DNA of 59,890 nt. It comes from an uncultured Planctomycetia bacterium. GTDB taxonomy: Bacteria; Omnitrophota; Gorgyraeia; Pluralincolimonadales; Pluralincolimonadaceae. Shown piece after piece: positions 36,758 through 47,899 of the stretch (its first letter is position 1; each line of letters starts with the position of its first letter). The translations under genes were made by a program, and so were the position numbers. A model generated the notes under the pieces. That model had not been told where the DNA came from. It was given only the letters and a program-made list of their open reading frames with translations, and did not search any database. The stretch spans positions 1 to 59,890 of the forward strand of contig CAZAEH010000005.1 of the NCBI GenBank assembly GCA_964484255.1. The letters are read 5' to 3'.

Positions 36758-38550
36758 TGGATAAATCCCTGATCCGTAATTTCTGCATCATTGCGCACAT
36801 TGACCACGGCAAGTCGACCCTGGCTGACAGGCTGCTGCTAAAGACAGGTGCAATCTCCCAAAGGGAATTCCATGACCAGATGCTCGATGGTATGGACCTG
36901 GAAAGAGAGCGCGGCATCACCATCAAGGCAAAAGCCGTAAGGCTCCTGCACCGGGACGATGATGATAAGGAATATGTGCTTAACCTGATAGATACACCCG
37001 GCCATGTTGATTTTACCTATGAGGTATCGAAAGCCCTTGCGGCTTGCGAGGGGGTGCTCTTGGTCGTTGATGCCGCGCAGGGCGTTGAAGCGCAGACCGT
37101 GGCAAACCTTTATCTTGCCCGCGAGCATGACCTTAAGATAATCCCTGTGATCAATAAGATAGATCTCCCGAGCGCCGAACCTGACCGTATACGCCAGCAG
37201 CTTAAGGATACCTTGCACATCTCCGGCGTGGAGCCGATAATGGCGAGCGCCAAGACAGGTATCGGTGTCGACGAGATAATGCACTCCATTGTCGAATTAG
37301 TTCCCCCTCCGAAGGGGGAACAGGATAATCCCTTGCAAGCCCTGATCTTTGATTCCGCGTTCGATACCTTCAGGGGCGTAGTCGTATACATAAGGGTAAA
37401 GAACGGTGCAATAAGAAAAAGCATGAAGATAAAGATGATGGGTACCGGCAGGGTCTACGACGTTGAAGAGGTCGGCGTCTTCAAACCTGCGCCCACCGCA
37501 ATCGATGAACTCGGCTGTGGAGAGGTAGGCTATATAACTTGCAATATCAAAGACCCTAAGGACATCAATGTGGGCGACACGGTCACTGATTTCCGCAAGC
37601 CCGCTGCCGATGCCCTTCCCGGTTATAAGAAGGTAAGGCCCCTCGTATTCTGCGGGCTGTATCCGGTAAACGCTAAGGATTTTCCGTTCCTCAGGGATGC
37701 GCTTGAAAAACTTGAATTGAGCGATTCGTCGTTCATATACGAGGTGGAATCTTCCGTATCTTTCGGGTTCGGTTTCAGGTGCGGTTTCCTCGGGCTCCTG
37801 CATATGGAAATAATACAGGAACGCCTCGAAAGGGAGTACGGCCTGAACCTTATAGCCACCACGCCAAGCGTTGTCTATAAAGTGAAGAAAAAGGGTGGGC
37901 AGGTGGTAGAGATAGAGAATCCCAGTAAATTGCCCGCGCCCCAGGAGATCGAACATATAGAAGAACCGTATATACGCGGTTTTATAATAAGCCCTGCGGA
38001 TTCCCTGGGAAGTGTCATGCAGCTCTGCCAGGAGAGGAGAGGGATATATAAGTCCACAGAATACCTCGACCAGACGCGCGCCATGCTGATATATGAATTC
38101 CCTTTATCGGAGATAATTGTGGATTTTTATGATAAAATAAAGTCAATGACCAGGGGCTATGGTTCCCTTGATTATGAATTCAAGGAATATGTGATAAGCG
38201 ACCTGGTAAAGCTTGACATACTGATAAACGGAAATCCTTGCGACGCTCTTTCTTTCATAGTCCATAAAGACAGCGCATATACGAAAGGTAACCAGCTTGT
38301 TACTAAGTTAAGGGAGCTTATCCCCAGGCAGCTCTTTGAAGTCGCCATACAGGCCGCCATAGGAAGCAAGATAATCGCCAGGGAAACGGTAAGGCCGGTA
38401 GGCAAGAACGTGACAGCCAAATGTTACGGCGGTGACATAACCAGGAAACGTAAACTTTGGGAGAAACAAAAAGAAGGCAAGAAGCGGATGAAACAGTTCG
38501 GGAAAGTTGAGATACCGCAGGAAGCCTTCATGGCAATACTGAAAATCTAA
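36757..38550 (+). CDS. lepA: Elongation factor 4 (LepA)
   Basis: [44 protein letters not shown]. Confidence 0.99.
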   Translation: MDKSLIRNFCIIAHIDHGKSTLADRLLLKTGAISQREFHDQMLDGMDLERERGITIKAKAVRLLHRDDDDKEYVLNLIDTPGHVDFTYEVSKALAACEGVLLVVDAAQGVEAQTVANLYLAREHDLKIIPVINKIDLPSAEPDRIRQQLKDTLHISGVEPIMASAKTGIGVDEIMHSIVELVPPPKGEQDNPLQALIFDSAFDTFRGVVVYIRVKNGAIRKSMKIKMMGTGRVYDVEEVGVFKPAPTAIDELGCGEVGYITCNIKDPKDINVGDTVTDFRKPAADALPGYKKVRPLVFCGLYPVNAKDFPFLRDALEKLELSDSSFIYEVESSVSFGFGFRCGFLGLLHMEIIQERLEREYGLNLIATTPSVVYKVKKKGGQVVEIENPSKLPAPQEIEHIEEPYIRGFIISPADSLGSVMQLCQERRGIYKSTEYLDQTRAMLIYEFPLSEIIVDFYDKIKSMTRGYGSLDYEFKEYVISDLVKLDILINGNPCDALSFIVHKDSAYTKGNQLVTKLRELIPRQLFEVAIQAAIGSKIIARETVRPVGKNVTAKCYGGDITRKRKLWEKQKEGKKRMKQFGKVEIPQEAFMAILKI

Positions 38551-38559
38551 GGAGAGCGG

Positions 38560-39162
38560 ATGGCTAAAGAGACGACGCACACGAAAAAGAAGAAGTCTTG
38601 GCTAAGGGAGATCGCGGAGATAATATTAACCGCTTTCATCCTTGCTTTTTTCATAAAGGTCTTCATCTTCGAGCTCTATAAGATACCTTCGGGTTCCATG
38701 ATACCGACCCTGTTGGTCGGTGACAGGATAATAGTTGTCAAATACGTCTACGGCGCGAGATTGCCCGGCATTAATATCCGCCTTCCGGGCTTAAGGGAAC
38801 CGAAGAGAGGCGAGATAGTCGTGTTCAAGTCGCCGGAAGATCCGGGCAAATCTTTCATAAAGAGGTTCGTCGCTACCGGCGGCGAGACCGTCGAAATAAA
38901 GGACGGCAAGATACTCGTGAACGGAAGGGCCGTTGAGGACCCTCCGGCTTTCAGGCAGGTATATTACTACAACAGGGGCCAGTTCGGTGAAGAAGGCAAA
39001 CCGATAACCGTGCCGAAGGATTGTTATTTTGTTCTTGGCGACAACTCCGCTTTCAGTAAGGACAGCAGGTACTGGGGATTCGTGCCGAAGAACTACCTTA
39101 TAGGCAAAGCGGTAATTGTAGTCCTGCCGCTTAACAGGATGCAGCTTATAACCGATAAATAG
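38560..39162 (+). CDS. lepB: Signal peptidase I
   Basis: IPSGSMIPTL, FIKR, LGDNSAFSKDSRYWG. Confidence 0.96.
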   Translation: MAKETTHTKKKKSWLREIAEIILTAFILAFFIKVFIFELYKIPSGSMIPTLLVGDRIIVVKYVYGARLPGINIRLPGLREPKRGEIVVFKSPEDPGKSFIKRFVATGGETVEIKDGKILVNGRAVEDPPAFRQVYYYNRGQFGEEGKPITVPKDCYFVLGDNSAFSKDSRYWGFVPKNYLIGKAVIVVLPLNRMQLITDK

Positions 39163-39714
39163 ATGAATCTGGCTAACAAGATCACTATACTAAGGGTACT
39201 GTTGACGCCCTTTTTTGTGGGCCTTGTTCTTTACTATAAACCTGACCAGGACTATTTAAGATATATAGCACTGTGCGTTTTCAGCATAGCTGTCCTTACC
39301 GACGCCCTCGATGGTTTTTTGGCAAGGTTCCTGAAGCAAAAAACGACCCTGGGCACGATAATGGACCCCATAGCCGATAAGCTCCTGTTGATAACAGCAT
39401 TCATCAGCCTGACGGTGTGGGACGCAGCCGTAAAACTTCCGCTCTGGCTGCCCATAATCGTGGTAAGCAGGGATATCATAATAGTCATCGGTGTGCTGGT
39501 GATATTCCTGCTTCACAGTGATATAAAGATATCTCCCAGCCCGCTCGGGAAGATCACTACTTTCACTCAGATGTCGGCCATAATCAGCGTATTGCTGCTA
39601 TGGGAACGTTCCGAATATGTCTGGAACACCGCGGTATTTTTTACTGCGCTTTCCGGGATCGATTACATCTATCGCGGGACCAGGCTTATGAACGGCAATA
39701 ACGGGAAAAAATAA
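39163..39714 (+). CDS. pgsA: CDP-alcohol phosphatidyltransferase (PgsA-like)
   Basis: NLANKITILR, TDALDGFLAR, GTIMDPIADK. Confidence 0.85.
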   Translation: MNLANKITILRVLLTPFFVGLVLYYKPDQDYLRYIALCVFSIAVLTDALDGFLARFLKQKTTLGTIMDPIADKLLLITAFISLTVWDAAVKLPLWLPIIVVSRDIIIVIGVLVIFLLHSDIKISPSPLGKITTFTQMSAIISVLLLWERSEYVWNTAVFFTALSGIDYIYRGTRLMNGNNGKK

Positions 39715-39715
39715 T

Positions 39716-40336
39716 ATGGCGTTTATCATCTCCTTGTTCACGTGTTACGTTATAGGGTCCATACCTACAAGCTACATTGTGGCCAGATATCTCAAGGGAA
39801 TAGATATAAGGCAGCATGGCAGCGGGAACGTAGGCGCTACGAATACCGCAAGGGTAGTCGGTAAAGGTTGGGGCCTCCTGGTCCTCGCATTTGATATACT
39901 CAAAGGCCTTGTCTGTGTAACGTTGGCAGCCAGGTTCTTTTCCAGGTTCGGCGTCCCTGTGAGCATGGACGTATATCCCCTTATGCTCGGAGCAATGGCC
40001 ATAATAGGCCACATATGGAGCGTGTTCCTGGGCTTCAACGGGGGAAAAGGCATAGCAACCTCTTCCGGAGTCTTCATCGGGGTCGCGCCGGGAGTATTCC
40101 TTGTAGCGCTTTGTATCTGGATAGCCGTATTCGTGTGGCGCAGGTATGTATCGCTGGCATCGATCATAAGCGCGGTCTCGATACCTATCATGCTTTCAGC
40201 CGAAGGATACCGCGCTCCCTTTGTAGCCATAGCATCCCTGCTGAGCATAATTACCGTACTGAAACATTATCCTAACATAAAGAGACTGGTGCGCGGGGAA
40301 GAGCGCCGTTTCGAACTGAGGAAAAATGCAGACTAA
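39716..40336 (+). CDS. plsY: Glycerol-3-phosphate acyltransferase PlsY
   Basis: GSIP, GSGNVGATN, GH, GGKGIAT, KHYPNIKRL. Confidence 0.95.
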   Translation: MAFIISLFTCYVIGSIPTSYIVARYLKGIDIRQHGSGNVGATNTARVVGKGWGLLVLAFDILKGLVCVTLAARFFSRFGVPVSMDVYPLMLGAMAIIGHIWSVFLGFNGGKGIATSSGVFIGVAPGVFLVALCIWIAVFVWRRYVSLASIISAVSIPIMLSAEGYRAPFVAIASLLSIITVLKHYPNIKRLVRGEERRFELRKNAD

Positions 40337-41327
40337 AAAGATCTCGGTAATAGGCGACGGAGGCTGGGGGACTACTCTCGCAATGCTGCTTGTGTCGAAC
40401 GGGCATAAGGTAAACATGTGGGGCGCCTTTCCCGACTACATCAGGCAGATGGAAAAGACCAGGCAGAACGATAAGTTTCTCCCCGGAATAAAGCTGCCGG
40501 ACTCGCTCGAGCTTACCTCTGATATCGCTCCTGCAGTAAACGGCAGCGAGGTAGTCGTTACTGCGGTCCCATCTCAGCACATGCGGGAAGTAACGAAGAA
40601 ACTTAAAGGTCTGGACCTGCAAGGCAAACTTATCGTAAGCGTATCAAAAGGCATAGAGAACCAAAGCCTTATGAGGATGTCCGAAGTAATAACCGATGTG
40701 CTCGGCAACGTGAAGATCGGCGTACTTTCCGGTCCGACGATATCATATGAAGTTGCACGCGGGCTTCCGACTACGGTGGTCGCTGCCTCTGAAGATGAAA
40801 CGGCCGCAAAGCAGATACAGGACCTGTTCATGTCGGATAACTTCAGGATATATACTAATACCGACATCATAGGGGTCGAGCTCGGCGGTTCGCTTAAAAA
40901 CGTCATAGCTATTGCCGCCGGTATATCCGACGGCCTTGGTTTCGGGGTAAACACCAAATCCGGACTCCTTGTCAGGGGCATAGTAGAGATCTCTAGGCTT
41001 GGGGCCGCGCTTGGGGCAAAGGCCGATACATTCTACGGCATAAGCGGCCTCGGGGACCTGGTAACGACCTGTGTAAGTTCCCACGGCAGGAACAGGTGGT
41101 TCGGAGAGGAGATAGGTAAGGGCAGGACCTCCCGGGATATCCTTAGCAGCACGGAGATGGTCGTTGAGGGCGTGGGTACGGCAAAATCGTGCCACGAGCT
41201 TTGCAGAAAGAACGGTATCGAGATGCCTATTGCCAATGAGGTTTACAGCGTAATATTTGAGGGAAAAGACCCTTTGACCGCCGTAAAGAACCTGATGACC
41301 CGCAAAAAGAAATCGGAAGACCGGTAA
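40326..41327 (+). CDS. gpsA: NAD(P)H-dependent glycerol-3-phosphate dehydrogenase
   Basis: IGDGGWGT, SKGIE, SGP, KNVIAIAAG, GLGDLVTTC..SHGRN. Confidence 0.96.
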   Translation: MQTKKISVIGDGGWGTTLAMLLVSNGHKVNMWGAFPDYIRQMEKTRQNDKFLPGIKLPDSLELTSDIAPAVNGSEVVVTAVPSQHMREVTKKLKGLDLQGKLIVSVSKGIENQSLMRMSEVITDVLGNVKIGVLSGPTISYEVARGLPTTVVAASEDETAAKQIQDLFMSDNFRIYTNTDIIGVELGGSLKNVIAIAAGISDGLGFGVNTKSGLLVRGIVEISRLGAALGAKADTFYGISGLGDLVTTCVSSHGRNRWFGEEIGKGRTSRDILSSTEMVVEGVGTAKSCHELCRKNGIEMPIANEVYSVIFEGKDPLTAVKNLMTRKKKSEDR

Positions 41328-41355
41328 ATATCCTTCCTTCGATTCCCACTATACA

Positions 41356-41385
41356 TTTACACAGCAATTTGATATAATTTATAAT
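41356..41385 (+). promoter_or_regulatory. sigma70-type promoter upstream of tRNA-Pro
   Basis: TTTACA (41356-41361) with TATAAT at 41380-41385 (18-nt spacer), plus TGa-TATAAT at 41370-41378. Confidence 0.6.
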
Positions 41386-41406
41386 CTAAACTCATAAGAA
41401 TATCCT

Positions 41407-41483
41407 CGGGGCGTGGCTCAGTTTGGTAGAGCACTTGTATGGGGTACAAGTGGTCAGCGGTTCGAGTCCGCTCGCCCCGACCA
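41407..41483 (+). tRNA. tRNA-Pro (GGG), CCA encoded
   Basis: CGGGGCG acceptor stem pairing with CGCCCCG-A-CCA; D arm GCTCAGTTTGGTAGAGC; anticodon stem CTTGT/ACAAG with loop ATGGGGT (GGG at 41441-41443); T loop GGTTCGAGTCC. Confidence 0.97.
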
Positions 41484-41507
41484 TCTTTTTTTGCAGGAGA
41501 AATTGAA

Positions 41508-42800
41508 ATGGAAAAGATAAACGTAGGGTTGATAGGCTTCGGTACCGTGGGAGGCGGGGTTGCCCGCGCTCTTGTCGAAAAATCCGCCCATATCGAGCGG
41601 TTGGTTGGCGCTAAAGTTTCGCTCAAAGTTATATGCGACAATAACTTAAGAAAGAAACGCGCCGTCAAGATCAATAAGAAATTGCTGACCAATGACATAA
41701 ATAAGGTAGTTGGTAATCCTGATATAGATATTGTGGTCGAGCTCATAGGAGGTATACACCCGGCCAAGGAATTCGTTCTCAAAGCCATAAAATCCGGCCA
41801 ACATGTCGTTACCGCGAATAAGGCCTTGATAACCGAACACGGGCAAGAGATATTCGATTCCGCGAATAAGGAAGGGGTAGAGGTCTTCTACGAAGCATCC
41901 GTCGGCGGCGGCATACCAATAATCAAGGCCATGCGCGAAGGGCTCGTAGCTAACGAGATAGACACCATACTCGGCATAGTCAACGGTACTTCCAATTATA
42001 TTTTGTCGTGTATGGCGGAAGAGGGATTGAGCTTTTCAGATGCCCTGGACCAGGCAAAGAAAAAGGGATACGCCGAACGCAATCCCGCGCTGGACATCGA
42101 GGGGTACGACTCTGCCCATAAACTTGCCATACTGGCGTTGCTCGGTTTCGGGAAATTCGTCAAGATCGGCGATATATACGTCGAAGGCATACTTGATATA
42201 TCACAAAACGACATAAGGTATGCCGATGAGTTCGGTTATGCCATTAAACTCCTCGCGATAGCAAAAAGGAATGGCAAGGACCTTGAAGTCAGGGTCCACC
42301 CGACACTATTGTCGAAAGAACACCTTTTGGCTAACGTCAATGGTGTATATAACGCGATATACGTACATGGGGACATGGTAGGCGGCACACTTTTCTACGG
42401 CAGGGGAGCGGGGCAGAACCCGGCCGCAAGCTCCGTCGTCGGCGACGTCATAGACCTGGCCCGCAACCTCAGGTTTAACACCGTCGGCAGGGTCCCGATC
42501 TACATGAAAGACAAGTCGATCAACAGGATCAGCAGGATGGACGAGATAGAAGCCAGTTATTACATACGTATATCCTGCATAGACAAGCCGGGTATACTCG
42601 GAAAGATCGCGGGCATCCTGGGACACCATAAAATATCCATAGCCAGCGTGGGCCAGAAGGAAAGGAAGAAAGCAAGGATAGTTCCCGTGGTAATGATGAC
42701 CCACGAGGCAAAAGAAAAGAACATGAGGCAGGCGTTGGATGAGATAGACAGGCTGTCTGCCATAAGGCGCAAGACAGTGGCCATAAGGGTGGAGAGGTAG
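41508..42800 (+). CDS. hom: Homoserine dehydrogenase with C-terminal ACT domain
   Basis: GLIGFGTVG, VTANKA, EASVGGGIP, NGTSNY, GRGAGQNPAASSV, DKPGILG. True start is ATG 41508 after AGGAG; the ORF-track start lies inside the tRNA. Confidence 0.96.
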   Translation: MEKINVGLIGFGTVGGGVARALVEKSAHIERLVGAKVSLKVICDNNLRKKRAVKINKKLLTNDINKVVGNPDIDIVVELIGGIHPAKEFVLKAIKSGQHVVTANKALITEHGQEIFDSANKEGVEVFYEASVGGGIPIIKAMREGLVANEIDTILGIVNGTSNYILSCMAEEGLSFSDALDQAKKKGYAERNPALDIEGYDSAHKLAILALLGFGKFVKIGDIYVEGILDISQNDIRYADEFGYAIKLLAIAKRNGKDLEVRVHPTLLSKEHLLANVNGVYNAIYVHGDMVGGTLFYGRGAGQNPAASSVVGDVIDLARNLRFNTVGRVPIYMKDKSINRISRMDEIEASYYIRISCIDKPGILGKIAGILGHHKISIASVGQKERKKARIVPVVMMTHEAKEKNMRQALDEIDRLSAIRRKTVAIRVER

Positions 42801-42803
42801 GAC

Positions 42804-43868
42804 ATGTGGAAAGGCCTTATACACAGATACGGGAAATATCTCCCGGTATCTTCCAATACACCGGTCATAACCTTAAACGAAGGCGATACCCCGCTTATAT
42901 ATTCTTGCTGCCTGAGCGAAAAACTTGGAAAGGGCTATGAGGTATACCTGAAATTCGACGGGGCGAACCCTACCGGCTCGTTCAAGGACAGGGGTATGAC
43001 CATGGCTGTATCCAAGGCTCTTGAAGAAGGCTCAAAAGCTGTGATGTGCGCATCCACCGGTAACACTTCGGCATCTGCGGCTGCATATGCGGCGCGGGCA
43101 GGCATGAAGTGCGTCGTCCTTATACCCAACGGGAAGATAGCTCTCGGGAAATTGGCACAAGCCATAATATACGGGGCGCAGGTGCTGGAAATAGACGGCA
43201 ATTTCGATGATGCGCTTGAGATAGTCAGGAAGATCACCACGGATTATCCCATAACCCTGGTAAATTCCATAAACCCTTACAGGATAGAAGGACAAAAGAC
43301 CGGGGCATTCGAGATATGCGATGCGCTTGAGGAAAGCCCGGACTTCCATTTCATACCGGTGGGCAACGCCGGCAATATTACCGCCTATTGGAAGGGTTAC
43401 AAAGAATATAAGGAATTGGGCAAGATCAAATCACTGCCCAAGATGATGGGTTTCCAGGCTGAAGGAGCCGCTCCGATAGTCAAAGGGTGCGTCATAGAAA
43501 AACCCGAGACCATAGCCACCGCCATCAGGATAGGTAATCCTGCCAGCTGGAAACAGGCTGAAGCTGCGCGCGATGAATCCGGCGGCATCATAGATTCCGT
43601 GACTGACGATGAGATAATCGATGCCTACAAAATGCTGGCTGCAAAAGAAGGCATATTTGCCGAGCCTGCCTCGGCCGCGTCGGTAGCCGGACTGATAAAG
43701 ATGATCGAGAGGGGTTTTTTCAAACCTTCTCCAGAGAAAATGACCAGGATAGTGTGTATCCTTACCGGCCACGGCCTTAAGGACCCGGACAGGGCGATAT
43801 CGACCCTCAGCAAACCAAGATCGGTAAAGGCTGAGATGAGAGCCGTCCTGAATGCCATCGGCTTATGA
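42804..43868 (+). CDS. thrC: Threonine synthase
   Basis: [43 protein letters not shown]. Confidence 0.97.
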   Translation: MWKGLIHRYGKYLPVSSNTPVITLNEGDTPLIYSCCLSEKLGKGYEVYLKFDGANPTGSFKDRGMTMAVSKALEEGSKAVMCASTGNTSASAAAYAARAGMKCVVLIPNGKIALGKLAQAIIYGAQVLEIDGNFDDALEIVRKITTDYPITLVNSINPYRIEGQKTGAFEICDALEESPDFHFIPVGNAGNITAYWKGYKEYKELGKIKSLPKMMGFQAEGAAPIVKGCVIEKPETIATAIRIGNPASWKQAEAARDESGGIIDSVTDDEIIDAYKMLAAKEGIFAEPASAASVAGLIKMIERGFFKPSPEKMTRIVCILTGHGLKDPDRAISTLSKPRSVKAEMRAVLNAIGL

Positions 43869-45067
43869 AATACATCCTGCTTGTCGGTGACGGGATGGCC
43901 GATTATCCGGTCAGGGAACTCGGAAATAAAACACCTCTCGAGACCGCCAAGATCCCGAACATGGATCTACTTGCCAAGAACGGCAAAGTGGGCCTGGTCA
44001 ATACCGTTCCGAAGGGTTTCGCCCCGGCTTCTGACGTGGCAAACCTTTCCATAATCGGCTACGACCCCAGGAAATACTATTCCGGGAGAGGCCCCTTGGA
44101 AGCGGCTAATATGGGTATAAAATTGGGCCCCGACGACATAGCCTTCAGGTGCAACCTCGTTACCATCGATAACGGCTTGATGGCGGATTATTCCGCAGGA
44201 CATATAACCACCGAGGAGGCTTCTACCCTGATAAAGCTGCTGGACATGAAACTCGGTTCTGATAAAATAAAGTTTTATCCCGGCGTAAGCTACAGACACC
44301 TTATGATCGTCAGCGATGCCTCACTTAAGGATACACTTATGGACCTCGAGTGTATACCTCCCCATGATATTACCGGGGAAGCGATCAAGGGCCGCCTCCC
44401 GAAGGGCAAGGGAAGCGAATTTATCGCAAAATTGATAGAAGATTCGAAACCGGTACTGTCGTCCCACGAGATCAACCAGGTAAGGATAGACCTGAAAGAA
44501 AATCCCGCGAACATGATCTGGCTGTGGGGACAGGGAGTCAACGCCAATATGCCGAAATTCAAGGACCTTTTCGGGGTTGAGGGGTCTGTAATATCTGCGG
44601 TAGACCTCATAAAAGGCATAGGAAAGATAATAGGCCTTGAGGTTATCGAGGTCCCGGGCGCCACAGGATATTACGATACTAACTACCAGGGGAAAGCAAG
44701 GTACGCGGTCGATTCCCTCGGACGCAGGGATTTTGTCTTTGTACATGTCGAAGCCCCGGATGAGGCGGGCCACAACGGCGACCTCAGGGCCAAGATAAAC
44801 GCTATCGAGAACTTCGACAGGTTCGTCGTAGGGGGCATCCTCGAAAAGTTCTCGGGCAGGAAAGATTTCAGGATAATGGTCCTTCCGGACCATTTTACCC
44901 CGGTGACCCTGAGGACACACACCAGGGAACCCGTGCCGTTCCTCATGTTCGGGAATGGGATAAGCGCGAACGGGGCTGAAGGGTTCAGTGAAGCCTCCGC
45001 GAAGAACAGCGGTATAAGTTTTTCGCACGGCGAAGAACTTATGCGGGATTTTATGGCTTCAAATTAA
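43865..45067 (+). CDS. ApgM-type cofactor-independent phosphoglycerate mutase family protein; proposed homoserine kinase in this context
   Basis: [53 protein letters not shown]. Confidence 0.85.
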   Translation: MKYILLVGDGMADYPVRELGNKTPLETAKIPNMDLLAKNGKVGLVNTVPKGFAPASDVANLSIIGYDPRKYYSGRGPLEAANMGIKLGPDDIAFRCNLVTIDNGLMADYSAGHITTEEASTLIKLLDMKLGSDKIKFYPGVSYRHLMIVSDASLKDTLMDLECIPPHDITGEAIKGRLPKGKGSEFIAKLIEDSKPVLSSHEINQVRIDLKENPANMIWLWGQGVNANMPKFKDLFGVEGSVISAVDLIKGIGKIIGLEVIEVPGATGYYDTNYQGKARYAVDSLGRRDFVFVHVEAPDEAGHNGDLRAKINAIENFDRFVVGGILEKFSGRKDFRIMVLPDHFTPVTLRTHTREPVPFLMFGNGISANGAEGFSEASAKNSGISFSHGEELMRDFMASN

Positions 45068-45086
45068 AGGAGAAAGCGGAATAAAA

Positions 45087-46334
45087 GTGGGACAATCGAA
45101 AAAAGGCCTAGTGGTCCAGAAGTTCGGGGGTTCCTCTGTGGCAAACCCCGAGAGGATAAAAAAGGTCGCCGAAAGGGTCGTTAAATACAGGAAACTTGGC
45201 CATGATGTGGTGGTTGTTGTATCTGCGCTGGGCGACACCACCGATGAGTTGATAGAACTTGCATCTAAGGTCACCGGTGACCCGTCCGAACGCGAGATGG
45301 ATATGCTCATATCGACCGGCGAGCAGATATCATGTGCGCTGCTAGCCATGGCCATACAGAAACTAGGCGTCCCGTCCATATCCTTCACGGGCGCGCAGGT
45401 CGGAATAATCACCGATACAACACATACAAAAGCCCGTATCATCGACATATCCGCTTCTGACAGGATAAAGGAGCAGCTTAGGGGAGGCAAAGTGGTTGTC
45501 GTTGCCGGGTTCCAGGGTATAAGCATAAAGAAAGAGATAACCACACTGGGCCGCGGAGGCAGCGACCTGACAGCAGTAGCCCTTGCTAAAGCCCTCGGCG
45601 CAGGTATCTGCGAGATATATACGGATGTTGACGGCGTCTATACCGCAGACCCGCGTATAGTAAAGGATGCCAGGAAACTTCCCAGGATAAGCTACGATGA
45701 GATGCTCGAACTCGCATCATTGGGAGCAAAAGTGATGCAGGCCAGATCTGTCGAATACGGAAAACGCTACGATATACCCATACATGTGCGTTCGAGCTTT
45801 TCAGACGCCGAAGGTACGGTAATATGCAAGGAGGTAAAATCAATGGAGAAGATAGACGTCAGCGGTGTGGCATTGCAAAAAGACGAAGCCAAGGTCACCA
45901 TCTGTGATGTCCCGGACAAACCCGGGATAGCCGCGACCATATTCAGGGAACTCGGTGCAAATAATGTAGTCATAGACATGATAGTCCAAAACGTCGGAAG
46001 GACCGGTACCACCGATGTCTCTTTCACCGTCGTCAGCGAAGAATTGGCAAAGACCATGAAGGTTGCCAAGAGGGTCGCCCGCGAGATAGGCGCCGGGGAA
46101 GTGATCAAAGATGAGAGCATTGCTAAAATATCGATCGTCGGCATAGGGATGAGGAGCCACGCCGGCATCGCGGCCAGGATGTTCAACGCCCTGGCAGCCA
46201 GGAAGATAAACATCGGGATGATATCAACCTCCGAGATAAAGATATCCTGCGTCATTAATAAGAAGTACGCGGAGGGTGCGCTTAAAGCGCTGCATGATGA
46301 ATTCGGACTGAAGAAGGCCAACAAGGAAAAATAA
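45087..46334 (+). CDS. lysC: Aspartate kinase (GTG start)
   Basis: VQKFGGSSV, VVVSALG, TLGRGGSD, YTDVDG, two ACT domains, TSEIKIS. Confidence 0.97.
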   Translation: MGQSKKGLVVQKFGGSSVANPERIKKVAERVVKYRKLGHDVVVVVSALGDTTDELIELASKVTGDPSEREMDMLISTGEQISCALLAMAIQKLGVPSISFTGAQVGIITDTTHTKARIIDISASDRIKEQLRGGKVVVVAGFQGISIKKEITTLGRGGSDLTAVALAKALGAGICEIYTDVDGVYTADPRIVKDARKLPRISYDEMLELASLGAKVMQARSVEYGKRYDIPIHVRSSFSDAEGTVICKEVKSMEKIDVSGVALQKDEAKVTICDVPDKPGIAATIFRELGANNVVIDMIVQNVGRTGTTDVSFTVVSEELAKTMKVAKRVAREIGAGEVIKDESIAKISIVGIGMRSHAGIAARMFNALAARKINIGMISTSEIKISCVINKKYAEGALKALHDEFGLKKANKEK

Positions 46335-46335
46335 A

Positions 46336-47898
46336 ATGAAGCACGTCACGCTTTATGATACGACGCTCCGTGACGGGGCACAGACAGAAGGCATCTCATA
46401 TTCCGTAAACGATAAGCTCCATATTACGGAAAAACTGGACCAACTTGGGATCCGTTTCATTGAGGGCGGATGGCCGGCTACCCCCAAGGAGATGGCCTTT
46501 TTCAAAGCCGCGAAGAAACTTAAACTGAAGAACTCTGAAGTCACCGCGTTCGGCTCAACGAGGAGACCTGAGACTGACGTAAAGCGAGACGTATTCACTA
46601 AAGGACTGCTCGATTCCGGAACGCGCTGCGTTACTATTTTCGGCAAGACCTGGGACCTTCACGTAAAGGATGTCTTCAAGGTACCTCTGGATGAGAACCT
46701 CAGGATGATCAACGAAACCGTCTCTTACCTTAAGTCAAAAGGCAGGACGGTCTTCTATGACGCCGAGCATTTCTTTGACGGCTATAAGAATAATCCCGAG
46801 TACGCGATGAAAACCGTTTTCGCTGCCCGCGATGCGGGAGCCGACTGCGTGATCTTATGCGATACTAACGGCGGCACGATAATGCCCGCGCTCGGCGAAA
46901 TCGTAAAAGAGGTGGTGGCCAAGCTTGATTGCGAGGTAGGCATCCATTGCCATAACGACTGTGACATGGCCGTAGCCAATTCCATTGCCGCGGTCCAGGC
47001 CGGATGCGTGCACGTCCAAGGCACGTTCAACGGTTACGGGGAACGCTGTGGAAATGCAGACCTGGTATCCATCATCGGCAACCTCAAATTGAAACTCGGC
47101 ATCGATTGCGTCAGCGATGAACAGCTCAAGTCCTTGACGGAAGTATCCCGCTATGTTGCGGAAGTAAGCAACGTTAAGCAGCGCGATAACCAGCCGTTCG
47201 TAGGGAACACAGCCTTTACCCATAAGGGCGGTGTACACATCAACGCTATGATGAAAAATCCCGTTACGTACGAGCATATCGATCCCCATCTGATAGGCAA
47301 CAAGAGGAAGTTGTTGGTATCGGAGATGTCAGGCAAAAGCTCTATCATGATGAAGGCCAAGTCCCTCGAGTTGGACCTTGAAAGCAAGACTAACAGCACG
47401 AAAAAGATCCTCAATACGTTGCAAAAACTCGAACATGAGGGTTACCATTTCGAGATAGCCGAGGGTTCCCTCGAGCTCCTTATCAAGCGCGCCCTCAAGA
47501 AATACAAAAAGTTCTTCGAACTGGAGGGCTTCAAGGTCGTCACGGAGAATAAGGGCAGCAAGCTGCTATCGGAAGCAACCATCAAGGTAAAGGTCAACAA
47601 GGTCATCGAGCACACGGCGGCCGAGGGCGACGGCCCGGTCAATGCCCTTGATGCGGCACTGCGTAAGGCTCTCATGGAATTTTACCCGTCGCTGGCCGAG
47701 ATGCGCCTCTCAGACTTCAGGGTCCGCGTACTGGACGAAAAAGCCGGCACCGCTGCAAAGGTCCGGGTGCTTATCCAGTCTTCCGACTCCAAGGATTCCT
47801 GGTGGACAATCGGTGTTTCGGAGAACATAATCGAAGCGTCGTGGGAAGCTCTGGTCGATTCCATAGAATATAAACTGCTCAAAGACCATAAACAATAA
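46336..47898 (+). CDS. cimA: Citramalate synthase (LeuA/CimA family)
   Basis: YDTTLRDGAQTEG, EGGWP, YDAEHFFDG, HCHND, GYGERCGN, HKGGVH, GDGPVNALD. EGGWP and DAEHFFDG are typical of the bacterial citramalate synthase branch. Confidence 0.85.
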   Translation: MKHVTLYDTTLRDGAQTEGISYSVNDKLHITEKLDQLGIRFIEGGWPATPKEMAFFKAAKKLKLKNSEVTAFGSTRRPETDVKRDVFTKGLLDSGTRCVTIFGKTWDLHVKDVFKVPLDENLRMINETVSYLKSKGRTVFYDAEHFFDGYKNNPEYAMKTVFAARDAGADCVILCDTNGGTIMPALGEIVKEVVAKLDCEVGIHCHNDCDMAVANSIAAVQAGCVHVQGTFNGYGERCGNADLVSIIGNLKLKLGIDCVSDEQLKSLTEVSRYVAEVSNVKQRDNQPFVGNTAFTHKGGVHINAMMKNPVTYEHIDPHLIGNKRKLLVSEMSGKSSIMMKAKSLELDLESKTNSTKKILNTLQKLEHEGYHFEIAEGSLELLIKRALKKYKKFFELEGFKVVTENKGSKLLSEATIKVKVNKVIEHTAAEGDGPVNALDAALRKALMEFYPSLAEMRLSDFRVRVLDEKAGTAAKVRVLIQSSDSKDSWWTIGVSENIIEASWEALVDSIEYKLLKDHKQ

Positions 47899-47899
47899 A

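Noticed and set aside
41407-41483. tRNA as integration site of a mobile element
   Set aside because: No integrase, no duplicated tRNA 3' end (att) and no compositional island downstream.
41439-41507. N-terminal extension of hom given by the ORF track
   Set aside because: It begins inside tRNA-Pro; the real start is ATG 41508 with an AGGAG RBS.
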